In this document: positions 37,546-46,912 of the stretch, one piece after another
Layout: each line of letters opens with the position of its first letter
Numbering within the stretch: the stretch's first letter is position 1
From: an uncultured candidatus Porisulfidus sp.
GTDB lineage: Bacteria; Pseudomonadota; Gammaproteobacteria; Poriferisulfidales; Poriferisulfidaceae
DNA length: 64,000 nt
Direction of reading: 5' to 3'
Assembly: GCA_965204575.1 (NCBI GenBank)
Contig: OZ241993.1
Span: forward strand, 224,001-288,000
Made by a program: the position numbers and the translations under genes
The notes under the pieces: generated by a model
The model's database searches: none
The model's input: only the letters and a program-made list of their open reading frames with translations
What the model was told of the DNA's origin: nothing

Positions 37546-38781
37546 ATGAAAGTCCATCGCACCGTCCGCTACCGCCTGCATCCCGGCTCACGCCGGAAAA
37601 ACCAGCAACTGCACGGCACCGCCGAAGCTTGTCGTTTCGTGTGGAACCACATGGTCGGCAAACTCAGGGACGAGTACGAGTTCGGAATCAAGCCGGATTT
37701 CCACTATTACTCGATGGGCAAGGTCTTCACCGTTCTGCGCCGTCACAGCTACAAGTGGTTGCAGGATTATTCGGCATATGTCGTCAAGAGTTCATTGCAA
37801 CCCATCGAGACGGCTTACAAGGAATTCTTCAAGGACGTGAAGACGGGTGGGAAACTCAACCGGAACCCCCCGCAATTCCACGGCAAGTGGACAACCAAGC
37901 CGAGTTTTCCAATCAACTATGTGTCGGCGAAGGTGACGGGAGAGAGCCTGTACGTGCAGAGAATCGGCTGGATGAAGCTGGTCGGCAACAACCCGGACCC
38001 GGACGGCGAATTCAAGTCCGGTCGCGTCTTGCAGGAATGCGGAAACTGGTACGCCTATCTCACTTACGAAGTGCAAGCCGAAGCCAGTCTCCCTCACGCC
38101 ATCAAGGAAGTGGGCATCGACCGCAATGTGAATGAAGACGGGTGGGCGGTATTATCGGACGGCACGAAGCATCCGGGGCCGGATTTGGAGAAGAAAACGG
38201 CACGGCGAAAACGCTACCAGCGCAAGATGGCGCGACAGGTGAAAGGGAGCAACCGCAGAAAGGTCACCAAGGTGAAGTTGCAGAAAGCATTCCGTGCGGA
38301 ATGCTTCGCCCGGTTGAACTGGGCGCACCACGTCAGCAAGAGCATTGCGTCAGAATACGATGTGGCATACATGGAGAAACTGAACATCGGGGACATGACG
38401 AAATCCGCCAAGGGAACGGTGGAGGAACCGGGTACGAACGTAAAAGCGAAGTCCGGGCTGAACCGGAAGATCCTGGCCAGCGCATGGGGCACGCTGGAGT
38501 TGTGCCTGGACTACAAGATGGAAGTGCGCCCTGTACCTCCGGCGTATACCAGCCAGACGTGCCATTCATGCGGGCACGTCGATGAGAAAAACAGAAATGG
38601 AACAGATTTCAAGTGCACCGCTTGCGGGCACGCGGACGATGCGGACGTGAACGCCGCATTGAACATTTTGGCCTTCGGGAATGGGGCGACTGGACGTGGA
38701 GACGGCGGGGTTGCCCGGTCTGAGAAGCGTCAAGAAATGGGACAATCTGGCAGGCGAGAGTCTGCCAAGTTATCTACATAA
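37546..38781 (+). CDS. tnpB: TnpB RNA-guided endonuclease, second lineage
   Basis: YRLHP...CRFVWN, RuvC-I GIDRN, RuvC-II MEKL, YTSQ, CHSCG/CTACG, RuvC-III ADVNAA. Confidence 0.95.
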   Translation: MKVHRTVRYRLHPGSRRKNQQLHGTAEACRFVWNHMVGKLRDEYEFGIKPDFHYYSMGKVFTVLRRHSYKWLQDYSAYVVKSSLQPIETAYKEFFKDVKTGGKLNRNPPQFHGKWTTKPSFPINYVSAKVTGESLYVQRIGWMKLVGNNPDPDGEFKSGRVLQECGNWYAYLTYEVQAEASLPHAIKEVGIDRNVNEDGWAVLSDGTKHPGPDLEKKTARRKRYQRKMARQVKGSNRRKVTKVKLQKAFRAECFARLNWAHHVSKSIASEYDVAYMEKLNIGDMTKSAKGTVEEPGTNVKAKSGLNRKILASAWGTLELCLDYKMEVRPVPPAYTSQTCHSCGHVDEKNRNGTDFKCTACGHADDADVNAALNILAFGNGATGRGDGGVARSEKRQEMGQSGRRESAKLST

Positions 38782-38786
38782 ATCCC
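38683..38786 (+). ncRNA. Putative omega-RNA scaffold of E3
   Basis: GACGT(38693)/GCGTC(38727) pairing, AGAC..GTCT stem, TGGCAGGC-GAGA-GTCTGCCA hairpin extending into the TIR; boundaries inferred. Confidence 0.6.
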
Positions 38787-39257
38787 ATGTCTTCTTTATT
38801 TTCTCCTCGGGAGAGTATCAAGCAAGTCGAAGAAGGGGATCAATTGGCCCCGAAATTCGATGAAAACGGGCTGATCCCCGTGGTGACCACCGACTACGAA
38901 TCCGGCGAAGTGCTGATGGTCGCGTACCAGAACGCCGAGGCGCTGGAGCGGACCATCCGGAGCGGCGAAGCCTGGTACTACAGCCGCAGCCGCCAATGCC
39001 TGTGGCACAAGGGCGCCACCAGCGGACTGGTGCAGAAAGTGCGCGAACTGCGCATCGACGACGACCAGGACACGGTCTGGATGCGCGTGACGGTCGCAGG
39101 CTCCGGCGCCAGTTGCCACGTCGGCTACCGCTCCTGCTTCTACCGCAAGGTGCCGACCGGGGATTCGGCCGGCCAAGCGCTGGAACACCTGGAACGCGAC
39201 AAAACCTTCGACCCCGATGAGGTCTACGGCGACGCTGAAAATCCGACCCGCCTGTAA
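38787..39257 (+). CDS. hisI: Phosphoribosyl-AMP cyclohydrolase
   Basis: [38 protein letters not shown]. Confidence 0.95.
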   Translation: MSSLFSPRESIKQVEEGDQLAPKFDENGLIPVVTTDYESGEVLMVAYQNAEALERTIRSGEAWYYSRSRQCLWHKGATSGLVQKVRELRIDDDQDTVWMRVTVAGSGASCHVGYRSCFYRKVPTGDSAGQALEHLERDKTFDPDEVYGDAENPTRL

Positions 39258-39271
39258 CCCCCGCACTGCCG

Positions 39272-42200
39272 ATGCCTTCGACCTTCCGTTTGCTGCTGAC
39301 ACGGCGGCTCGGCCCTTTCTTCTTCACCCAGCTGACCGGGGCCTACAACGACAACGTCTTCCGTAACGCGCTGGTCGTCCTGATCACCTACCGCATTACC
39401 GAACTGGCCGGATTCGGAAGCGAAGAACTGGTTGCCGCCTCCGCCGGGATCTTCCTGCTCCCTTTCCTGCTGTTCTCCGCCCTGGGCGGAAAACTGGCCG
39501 ATCACTTTCCGCGGCACCGGCTGATCCAGCACATCAAGCTCGCGGAATGCGCCCTGATGGCACTGACCTGGATCGGTTTTGCCACCGGGTCAGTCACCTT
39601 TCTGTTCGTCATCCTGTTCTTGACCGGACTGCAGTCCGCCCTGTTCGGTCCGGTGAAGTACGCCATCCTGCCGAACCTGCTGTCCCGGGCCGAACTGCTG
39701 GCCGGCAACGCCTGGATCGCGGTCGGCACGTTCATCTCCATCCTCGCCGGAAGCCTGACCGGAACTCTCGTAATGGGTGTTCCCGACGCCGCCCTGTGGG
39801 TGCCCGGCATCCTGGTGATCAGCGCCGGGGCCGGTTACCTGGCAAGCCACCGGATTCCGGCGCAGGTTCCCGCCGGCGCCGGTCTGCGGCTCTCGTTCGA
39901 GCCGTTCAGCGAAACCGCGCGGATCGTGCGAGAAGGCCTGAGCCAGCCTCGCCTGGCCTGGCTGATGCTCGCCATCAGCTGGTTCTGGATGATCGGGGTT
40001 GGCATGCTCGTTCAGTTGCCGCTGTTCGTCCGGGACGTGCTGGCCGGCAACGAGCAGGCATTGGCGGGCGCGCTTGCGATCTTCACCGTCGGCGTCGGGC
40101 TCGGTGCCCTGTTGTGCAACCGCTGGCTCGGCGGCACGGCGCGGGCGACCCTGGCACCCATATCCGCAGCGGCCTTGGGCGCCGGCTTCGTGTTGCTCAG
40201 CCTCGTTCCCCCGGCCGATGTTCCGCTTCGCGGATTCGCCGACCTGCTGGAGGACCCGCAGGCCGTAACCGCCCTCGGCATCCTGCTGGCGCTTGCCGTG
40301 GCGGGCGGTTTCTATGTTACGCCCCTGTACACCCTGGTGCAGCAGCGGGCGCCGGAGGACCGGCGCGCGCGGGTCATCGCCTGCAACAACATCCTCAATT
40401 CCATCTTCATGGCGCTGGCCTCGGCGACGTCCATCGTCATTTTCCAGTCCGGCGGCACGATCGTCACCGTGTGGCTGGCCATGGCCGCCACCGCTCTCCT
40501 GGCCGCACTGCTGTTGCTGCATTTCACGCAGGGCAGTTTCCGCCATGTCCTTTTGTGGCCGGTCGCGTCAGTCGTACTGATCACGGAAACGCCCCCGCCC
40601 GGTTCGCTGGTATTCGCCCGGCGTGGAAGCGCCTGGGTCGCCTGGGCGCTGGCTGCCACCATCCCCGGCAAACTTGAAATCCATGTTGCTCCCGCGCTGT
40701 TGCGCCGCGCGAGCCTGCGACTGCTCGCCTGCTGGGTCCGCCTGAAACCGCTGGACCCCGCGGCCCTGGACGACCAGTGGCCAGGCAATCAGGATGAACC
40801 CGCCCGCACCGTGCTGATCCTGCCGCCTTCCGGCCCCGAGGGCGAAGCTTCGCTGCTGGAATTGATGCAGACCGCCCGGGAGCGGTCCGGCCGCCCCGTC
40901 GAAGTCGCGTCCGTCAGTGACCCGGAACTCTACATGCCCCGCTTCTACCCGCGCATCCGGGTCGGGTTCGAAAACTGTCCGCTGCCGCCCCGCGCGGCCG
41001 ACGAGCCGGAAGCGCTCCGGCGCGATGCCCTCAAGATCTACGACCTGCTGTGTGAACTGGAATACCGGATGCACTGCCAGGAATGCACGGCATTGCAGTC
41101 CTTGTACGGTGCAGCCCGAAGGTTCGGGGCTGGCTATCCGATCCTGGCCGATCTGGAGCGGACCCTGACGTACCGGCAACTGCTCCAGGCGACCCACGCC
41201 GTCGCCCAGCTGCTTGAGCGGGCCCTGCCGAAGGCACAGGATACGGTCGGCATCCTGCTGCCGAACGCGACCGCCACGCCGATCACTTTTTTCGCCATGC
41301 ACGCGCTTCACCGCATCCCGGTCATGCTCAACTACACCGCCGGGCCAGCCAATGTCGCCAGTGCCTGCCGCACGGCCGGACTGACCCACGTCGTGACTTC
41401 CCGCCGGTTCGTCGAGAAGGCCGACCTTGGAGGCTTGACCGACGCCCTGGCCGGAGACTACGCCCTGCTGTGGCTGGAGGATCTGAGGCCGCAACTGAGC
41501 CTCGGCATGAAACTCAAGGCCGCCTGGCGCGCCATGCGGCCGCCCCCGAAAGGTGATCCCTCGGACCCCGCCGTAGTGCTGTTCACCTCCGGGTCGGAAG
41601 GCGAACCCAAAGGCGTCGTGCTGAGCCACCGAAACCTGCAGCGCAACCGTTGCCAGGTCCGCGCGGTGCTGAACCTGACTCCCCAGGACCACCTGCTGCT
41701 GTGCCTCCCCACCTTTCACTCGTTCGCCTTGGGCGTTGGCCTGCTGCTGCCGTTGATGGCCGGGCTGCGCTGCACCCTGTACCCCAGCCCCCTCCACTAC
41801 AAGCAGATCCCCGAACTGATCCGAAAGCACGATATCACCGTGTTCTTCTCCACCGACACGTTCCTGAACGGCTACGGGCAGGCGGCAAGCCCGGAAGACC
41901 TGCAAAGCCTGCGCTTGATCGTGGCCGGCGCCGAACCGCTCAAGCCGGGCACCCGGAAATTCTGGCAGGACCGTTTCGGTCTGACCGTCCACGAGGGCTA
42001 CGGCGTGACCGAAACCTCACCCGCGGTCAGTGCCAACACGTTTGCGTGCAACCGACCGGGCTCGGTCGGCCGCCTGATGCCGGATATCGAAGCGCGCCTG
42101 GAACCGCTGGACGACTCCCAGGACACCATCGACACCACCCGCGGGCGATTGTTTCTGCGCGGCCCGAACGTGATGTCCGGCTACTGGATGCCGGGGGAAA

Positions 42201-42607
42201 GCCGGCTATTGACCCCTCCGGAGGACGGCTGGCACGATACCGGCGACGTTGCCGAATTCGACGATGACGGATTCCTGAGCCTGCATGGCCGAGCCAAGCG
42301 GTTCGCCAAGATCGGAGGCGAGATGGTGTCGCTCGCCTACGTAGAGCAGCAGGTCAGCGAAGTCTGGCCGGAATACCGTCACATCGTCTGCGCCGTCAAC
42401 CACCCCACCCGAGGAGAGCAATTGGTCCTCATTACTGAGCATCCCGAGCCGGACCGGGGTCGGTTGAGACAGGCCCTGGGGGAACGGGGAGTGGGAGAGC
42501 TGGCGCGGCCCCGGCTGGTTTTGCCGGTCGAGGTTCTGCCGCTGCTTGGCAGCGGCAAACCGGACTTGCGGAAAGCACAGGAACTGGCGCTCTCGGTGCT
42601 ACACTAG
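39272..42607 (+). CDS. aas: MFS (LplT-like) + degenerate acyltransferase + acyl-ACP synthetase fusion
   Basis: GAYNDNVFRNA, LFGPVKY, FTSGSEGEPKG, EGYGVTE, KRFAKIGGEMVSL. Confidence 0.88.
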   Translation: MPSTFRLLLTRRLGPFFFTQLTGAYNDNVFRNALVVLITYRITELAGFGSEELVAASAGIFLLPFLLFSALGGKLADHFPRHRLIQHIKLAECALMALTWIGFATGSVTFLFVILFLTGLQSALFGPVKYAILPNLLSRAELLAGNAWIAVGTFISILAGSLTGTLVMGVPDAALWVPGILVISAGAGYLASHRIPAQVPAGAGLRLSFEPFSETARIVREGLSQPRLAWLMLAISWFWMIGVGMLVQLPLFVRDVLAGNEQALAGALAIFTVGVGLGALLCNRWLGGTARATLAPISAAALGAGFVLLSLVPPADVPLRGFADLLEDPQAVTALGILLALAVAGGFYVTPLYTLVQQRAPEDRRARVIACNNILNSIFMALASATSIVIFQSGGTIVTVWLAMAATALLAALLLLHFTQGSFRHVLLWPVASVVLITETPPPGSLVFARRGSAWVAWALAATIPGKLEIHVAPALLRRASLRLLACWVRLKPLDPAALDDQWPGNQDEPARTVLILPPSGPEGEASLLELMQTARERSGRPVEVASVSDPELYMPRFYPRIRVGFENCPLPPRAADEPEALRRDALKIYDLLCELEYRMHCQECTALQSLYGAARRFGAGYPILADLERTLTYRQLLQATHAVAQLLERALPKAQDTVGILLPNATATPITFFAMHALHRIPVMLNYTAGPANVASACRTAGLTHVVTSRRFVEKADLGGLTDALAGDYALLWLEDLRPQLSLGMKLKAAWRAMRPPPKGDPSDPAVVLFTSGSEGEPKGVVLSHRNLQRNRCQVRAVLNLTPQDHLLLCLPTFHSFALGVGLLLPLMAGLRCTLYPSPLHYKQIPELIRKHDITVFFSTDTFLNGYGQAASPEDLQSLRLIVAGAEPLKPGTRKFWQDRFGLTVHEGYGVTETSPAVSANTFACNRPGSVGRLMPDIEARLEPLDDSQDTIDTTRGRLFLRGPNVMSGYWMPGESRLLTPPEDGWHDTGDVAEFDDDGFLSLHGRAKRFAKIGGEMVSLAYVEQQVSEVWPEYRHIVCAVNHPTRGEQLVLITEHPEPDRGRLRQALGERGVGELARPRLVLPVEVLPLLGSGKPDLRKAQELALSVLH

Positions 42608-42611
42608 CTTT

Positions 42612-44030
42612 GGGGCTCATATACAATAATCCGCAAGCAGACCTTGTATATCCATTGACAGATCATCGGGGTCGCTTGACCGAACCGCGCCCGAAGGCCC
42701 GGCTCGGACAGCGGCGAACGCCCCTCCCTGTCCAGCCGCGCCAGTCCCCAACGCCAGTATGTTGAACGCGGCATTGATGTCCGCGTTCCCCGCGTATCCG
42801 CAGGATACGCATTCGAATCTCTCTCGCCGACGGTTCGCCTCCGCTACATGCCCGCATCGGTGGCAACGCTGGCTCGTGTACGCCGGGTCGACCGTCTCCA
42901 TCCGGTACGCCTTGTAGCCTAGCATGAAGCGCAACCGGCCCCAGCCGCTTTCCGCAATGCCTCGGTTCAGGGCGGATTTCGCGTTGATATGCTTGCCCGG
43001 CTTCTCCACCGTGCCCTTGGCCGACTTCATCATGTTCCTGATCTTCAGACCCTCCACGCAGACCGTCCCGAACCGGTTCGCCAAGTCGTGGCTGACATGG
43101 TGCCGCCAGTTGTCCCGGATGTAGGCGATCCTCCGGTACAGTTTCGCCACGATCTTTCGTTCCTTCTCGCGACGGTGCGAATTCACCTGGATGGTTTTAC
43201 CTTGTCTGGTTAGCCTAGGCTCTCCATCCGCGTCCAAAAGGGGCACCCGTTGGCGGCGGTCCATCTTTCGCTTATGCCGTTTCAGTTTTGTTTCAAGATC
43301 GGAGACGTCCGGCATGAAAATTCGGTCGGGCTCCGTGGTGGCCACGTTCCACTTCCCCATGTCCAGCCCGACCGCCTCGCCGTTGTCCTCCGGTTTCGTA
43401 TCCGGTACTTCCCAGAACACCGACACATACCACTTCCCGTTCGGAGGCTTGACCACCACGGCCTGTTTTGCCTCGCCGTAAGCCCATGGATCACCACCCT
43501 GACGGTGGATCGGCACCCAACCCACCTTGGTCACGTAGAGTTTGCCGTCCGCGATCCGCACGTTCTGCGGAATCGTGAACGAGTCGCCGTCTTCCTTGTG
43601 CTTGAACCTCGGAAAGCTACACTTGCCCTTCCTGGCTTCCTTCATGGCATCCGCATACCGTTTCAGCACATACCGCACTTCCGCATACGGCAACTCCCTC
43701 AGCCATTCGTGGCCTTCGCCGTTGCGCAGCCTCGTGAATGCCAGGCCCAGGGTGAAGAAAGTCGGCGAAGGCTTTTCGCCTTTCCCTTCTTTATAGGCTT
43801 TCATCGCATCCCGGTTCCGTCCAATGGCCCAGTTCCAGACGTAGCGGTTCGCCCCGGCGATGCCGGACAATAACTGAGCCCGGCGCAAGGTGCCGGGATA
43901 CAGGCGATAGACGGACGAACGGATCATGCAGGGATTATGCCATGCCGGAAACCGACCTGCTAAAGATGGGATAAGATATTGAATATATACGGATTATCAT
44001 GAGTCTTTCGGATTATCGTATACAATTCCA
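42612..44030 (-). mobile_element. Non-autonomous TIR element carrying only tnpB (element E2, 1419 bp, diverged copy of E1)
   Basis: Same ends and length as E1; flanks CTAGCTTT (42604-42611) and CTAGTTTT (44031-44038), 7/8 identical. Confidence 0.88.
42617..43927 (-). CDS. tnpB: TnpB RNA-guided endonuclease (paralog of 2536-3846)
   Basis: GLDMG, VEGL, CHRCG/CVSCG, ADINAA; colinear with the E1 protein. Confidence 0.95.
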   Translation of the reverse strand: MIRSSVYRLYPGTLRRAQLLSGIAGANRYVWNWAIGRNRDAMKAYKEGKGEKPSPTFFTLGLAFTRLRNGEGHEWLRELPYAEVRYVLKRYADAMKEARKGKCSFPRFKHKEDGDSFTIPQNVRIADGKLYVTKVGWVPIHRQGGDPWAYGEAKQAVVVKPPNGKWYVSVFWEVPDTKPEDNGEAVGLDMGKWNVATTEPDRIFMPDVSDLETKLKRHKRKMDRRQRVPLLDADGEPRLTRQGKTIQVNSHRREKERKIVAKLYRRIAYIRDNWRHHVSHDLANRFGTVCVEGLKIRNMMKSAKGTVEKPGKHINAKSALNRGIAESGWGRLRFMLGYKAYRMETVDPAYTSQRCHRCGHVAEANRRRERFECVSCGYAGNADINAAFNILALGTGAAGQGGAFAAVRAGPSGAVRSSDPDDLSMDIQGLLADYCI

Positions 44031-44091
44031 CTAGTTTTCGAGATATAACGGTGAATACCCGCTCCTTTGGAACACCAATTGGGAGGTGCGG

Positions 44092-45603
44092 ATGCGAGAC
44101 ATAACACCAGTTCCCATGGATCTACTGCTGACCGCAGTGGACGTGCTGGCTTCGCTCTTGCTGTTCGGCATCGGGATCCTGATCCTGTTCGCGATGGTGC
44201 TCTACATCGTCGACGTCACGCAAACCCGCCACGCGGTGCGCCGCAACTATCCCGTCATCGGCCGCTTCCGGTACTGGTTCGAGCATCTGGGCGAATTCTT
44301 CCGCCAGTACTTCTTCGCCATGGACCGCGAGGAGATGCCGTTCAACCGGGCGCAGCGCTCCTGGATCTACCGCGCCAGCAAGAACCTCAGCAACACCCTG
44401 CCCTTCGGCTCCACCCGCGACCTGACGCGCCCCGGCACCGTTCTGTTCGTCAATGACCCTTACCCTGACCTCGACCAGAAGGACGTTGATCCTCCATTGC
44501 TGACCATCGGCCCGGGAACCCTGGAGCCTTACGCCACGGAACATTTCTTCCACATCTCGGCCATGAGCTACGGCGCCATCTCGAACGTCGCCGTTCAAGC
44601 GCTGTCGCACGGTGCGGCCAAGGCGGGATGCTGGCTCAATACCGGCGAGGGCGGGCTGTCGCCCTACCACCTGGAGGGAGACTGCGACCTGGTGTTCCAG
44701 ATCGGCACCGCCAACTACGGCGTGCGCGACGAGCACGGCAACTTCTCGGAGACACGTCTGCAGGAATTGGCCGAAATCCCGCAAATACGCATGTTCGAGA
44801 TCAAACTCTCGCAGGGTGCCAAGCCTGGCATGGGCGGGATCCTGCCGGGTGTCAAGGTGACCGAGGAAATCGCCCGCATCCGCGGCATTCCGGCCGGAAA
44901 GGCATCACTCAGCCCGCGGCGGCATCCCGGCATCGGCAACACTTCCGATTTGCTGGACAGGATTGCCCGGACCCGCGACCTGACCGGTAAGCCGGTCGGC
45001 TTCAAGACCGTGATCGGCTCCGAACAGATGCTGGATGACTGGCTGGATGAAATCCTGCGCCGCGGTCCCGAGTTCGCCCCGGACTTCATCACCGTCGATG
45101 GCTGCGATGGCGGCAGCGGTGCCGCCCCCATGCCGTTGCTCGACGCCGTCGGGCTGCCGCTGCGCGAAAGCCTGCCGATGGTGGTCGACCGCCTGGAGCA
45201 GGGGGGCCTTCGCGACCGCGTCCGCGTGATCGCGTCCGGCAAGCAGGTCAATCCGTCCGATGTGGCCTGGGCGCTGTGTCTGGGAGCGGATTTCGTCTGC
45301 TCGGCACGTGCGTTCATGTTCGCGCTCGGCTGCATCCAGGCCATGCAGTGCAACCGCAATACCTGCCCGACCGGCGTCACCACGCACAATCCCCGCCTGC
45401 AGCAGGGGTTGAATCCGAAGAACAAGGCCGTCCGGGTCGCGCACCTGGCCCGCAACATGGAGACGGAAGTCGCCATGATCGCGCACTCCTGCGGCGTGGC
45501 TCACCCGCGTGCGCTGAACCGCACCCACGCGCGCATCGTGCAACCCAACGGCCTGAGCATCTCGCTGCACAAGCTTTACCCGATGCCCGTCCGAACCGCC
45601 TGA
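44092..45603 (+). CDS. FMN-binding glutamate synthase family protein
   Basis: SAMSYG, NTGEGG, EIKLSQGAKPG, GCIQAMQCNRNTCPTG. Confidence 0.9.
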   Translation: MRDITPVPMDLLLTAVDVLASLLLFGIGILILFAMVLYIVDVTQTRHAVRRNYPVIGRFRYWFEHLGEFFRQYFFAMDREEMPFNRAQRSWIYRASKNLSNTLPFGSTRDLTRPGTVLFVNDPYPDLDQKDVDPPLLTIGPGTLEPYATEHFFHISAMSYGAISNVAVQALSHGAAKAGCWLNTGEGGLSPYHLEGDCDLVFQIGTANYGVRDEHGNFSETRLQELAEIPQIRMFEIKLSQGAKPGMGGILPGVKVTEEIARIRGIPAGKASLSPRRHPGIGNTSDLLDRIARTRDLTGKPVGFKTVIGSEQMLDDWLDEILRRGPEFAPDFITVDGCDGGSGAAPMPLLDAVGLPLRESLPMVVDRLEQGGLRDRVRVIASGKQVNPSDVAWALCLGADFVCSARAFMFALGCIQAMQCNRNTCPTGVTTHNPRLQQGLNPKNKAVRVAHLARNMETEVAMIAHSCGVAHPRALNRTHARIVQPNGLSISLHKLYPMPVRTA

Positions 45604-45610
45604 GCCTGCC

Positions 45611-46855
45611 ATGGACCTAGTGATTTCGATTTCGAGCCTCGCGGGCCTGCTGCTTCTGGGCCTGGTGCTGAAGCCTCTCTTCAGCCACCTGAGGTTCCCG
45701 TTCGAGGCACTGCTGCTGCTTCTGGGCTTCGCCTTCAGCAGCCTGATTATCGATGCCGACGAACTGGGCCTGCACGGCGGGATCTTGCGCGATCTGGTCT
45801 TCTACGTATTCCTCCCGGTCCTGATTTTTTCCGCCGCCTACAGCATGGACGTGCCGAGATTCGGGCGGAACCTGTTCGGCATCATCCTGCTAGCGTTGCC
45901 GCTGGCGCTCATCTCCCTGGCGTTCAGCACCGTACTGATTTACTACGGCATGGGCCATCCGGCCGGGTTCCCGTGGATCGCCGCTCTCCTGACCGGCACC
46001 ATGCTGATTGCCACCCAGAGCCAAACGCTCCACCAGGTATTCACGCATCTGAACCTTCCTCCGGACCTGCGTACGCTGATCCGGGGCGAGGGCCTGCTGA
46101 ACAACGCATTCGCCATCGTGCTGTTCACCCTCCTGCTGGCTTTCGCGCTGGAACCCGACCTGACTCTCGGACCCAGAGAGATCGCGCTGTACATCGTCTG
46201 GGAAGTGGTCGGCGGCGCCATCATCGGGGTGACGATCGGTTTTTTCTCCCTGATCTTCCTGCGGGTGCGCCAGCCTTCCCCGCACGAGGTGGCCCTGTTC
46301 ACCTTGGTGACCGCCTATATGGCCTACCTGGTCGCGGACTACGTGCTCAATGTGTCCGGAGTCCTGTCCGTGCTGGCGGCGGCGCTGATCATGGGCCGCA
46401 CCATGCACCAGGACCTGGACGCCCCCCAGGATCACTTCGTGGACGAGTTCTGGCGCCTCATGGCCACCTTGGCCGAATCCATGCTGTTCCTGATGCTCGG
46501 GCTGAGCATCTCGGTCGACATGTTCTCCGACCGCTACCTGGCCATCCTGATCGGCATCGGCGCGGTCATCCTGGCCCGCATTGCCGGGTTAACCCTTGTC
46601 ATGCCGTTGCTGACCCGGACCAACAAGGCGCTGAAGAAACTGCCGGATCACAACATCCTGTATTTCAGCAGTACCCGTGGTGCCGTCACCGTGGGGCTGG
46701 CGCTGAGCGTTCCGATCGCGCTCGACTACTGGTGGACGATTGAATCCATCGGCTTCGGGGTGGTGCTGTTCTCAGTATTAGTCCAAGTGCCCCTTCTGGA
46801 ACTCTGGAGGCAGAAAAAACTGAAGAGAAAGGAAGAGATTACAGAGCCTGATTGA
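45611..46855 (+). CDS. CPA1 (NhaP-like) cation:proton antiporter
   Basis: Multi-TM; FLPVLIF, GEGLLNN, VSGVL, RGAV. Confidence 0.85.
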   Translation: MDLVISISSLAGLLLLGLVLKPLFSHLRFPFEALLLLLGFAFSSLIIDADELGLHGGILRDLVFYVFLPVLIFSAAYSMDVPRFGRNLFGIILLALPLALISLAFSTVLIYYGMGHPAGFPWIAALLTGTMLIATQSQTLHQVFTHLNLPPDLRTLIRGEGLLNNAFAIVLFTLLLAFALEPDLTLGPREIALYIVWEVVGGAIIGVTIGFFSLIFLRVRQPSPHEVALFTLVTAYMAYLVADYVLNVSGVLSVLAAALIMGRTMHQDLDAPQDHFVDEFWRLMATLAESMLFLMLGLSISVDMFSDRYLAILIGIGAVILARIAGLTLVMPLLTRTNKALKKLPDHNILYFSSTRGAVTVGLALSVPIALDYWWTIESIGFGVVLFSVLVQVPLLELWRQKKLKRKEEITEPD

Positions 46856-46912
46856 ACCTCGGGTGAAGTTATAACTCTCCGCGTGAACTGGGGTTTCTTC
46901 GAATGGATTCCC

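Larger units (their letters stand above)
37520..38786 (+). mobile_element. Non-autonomous TIR element carrying only tnpB (element E3, 1267 bp)
   Basis: Ends read inward GGGAGTTATGCAGA / GGGATTTATGTAGA (12/14); perfect TSD ATGTCTTC at 37512-37519 and 38787-38794. Confidence 0.88.
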
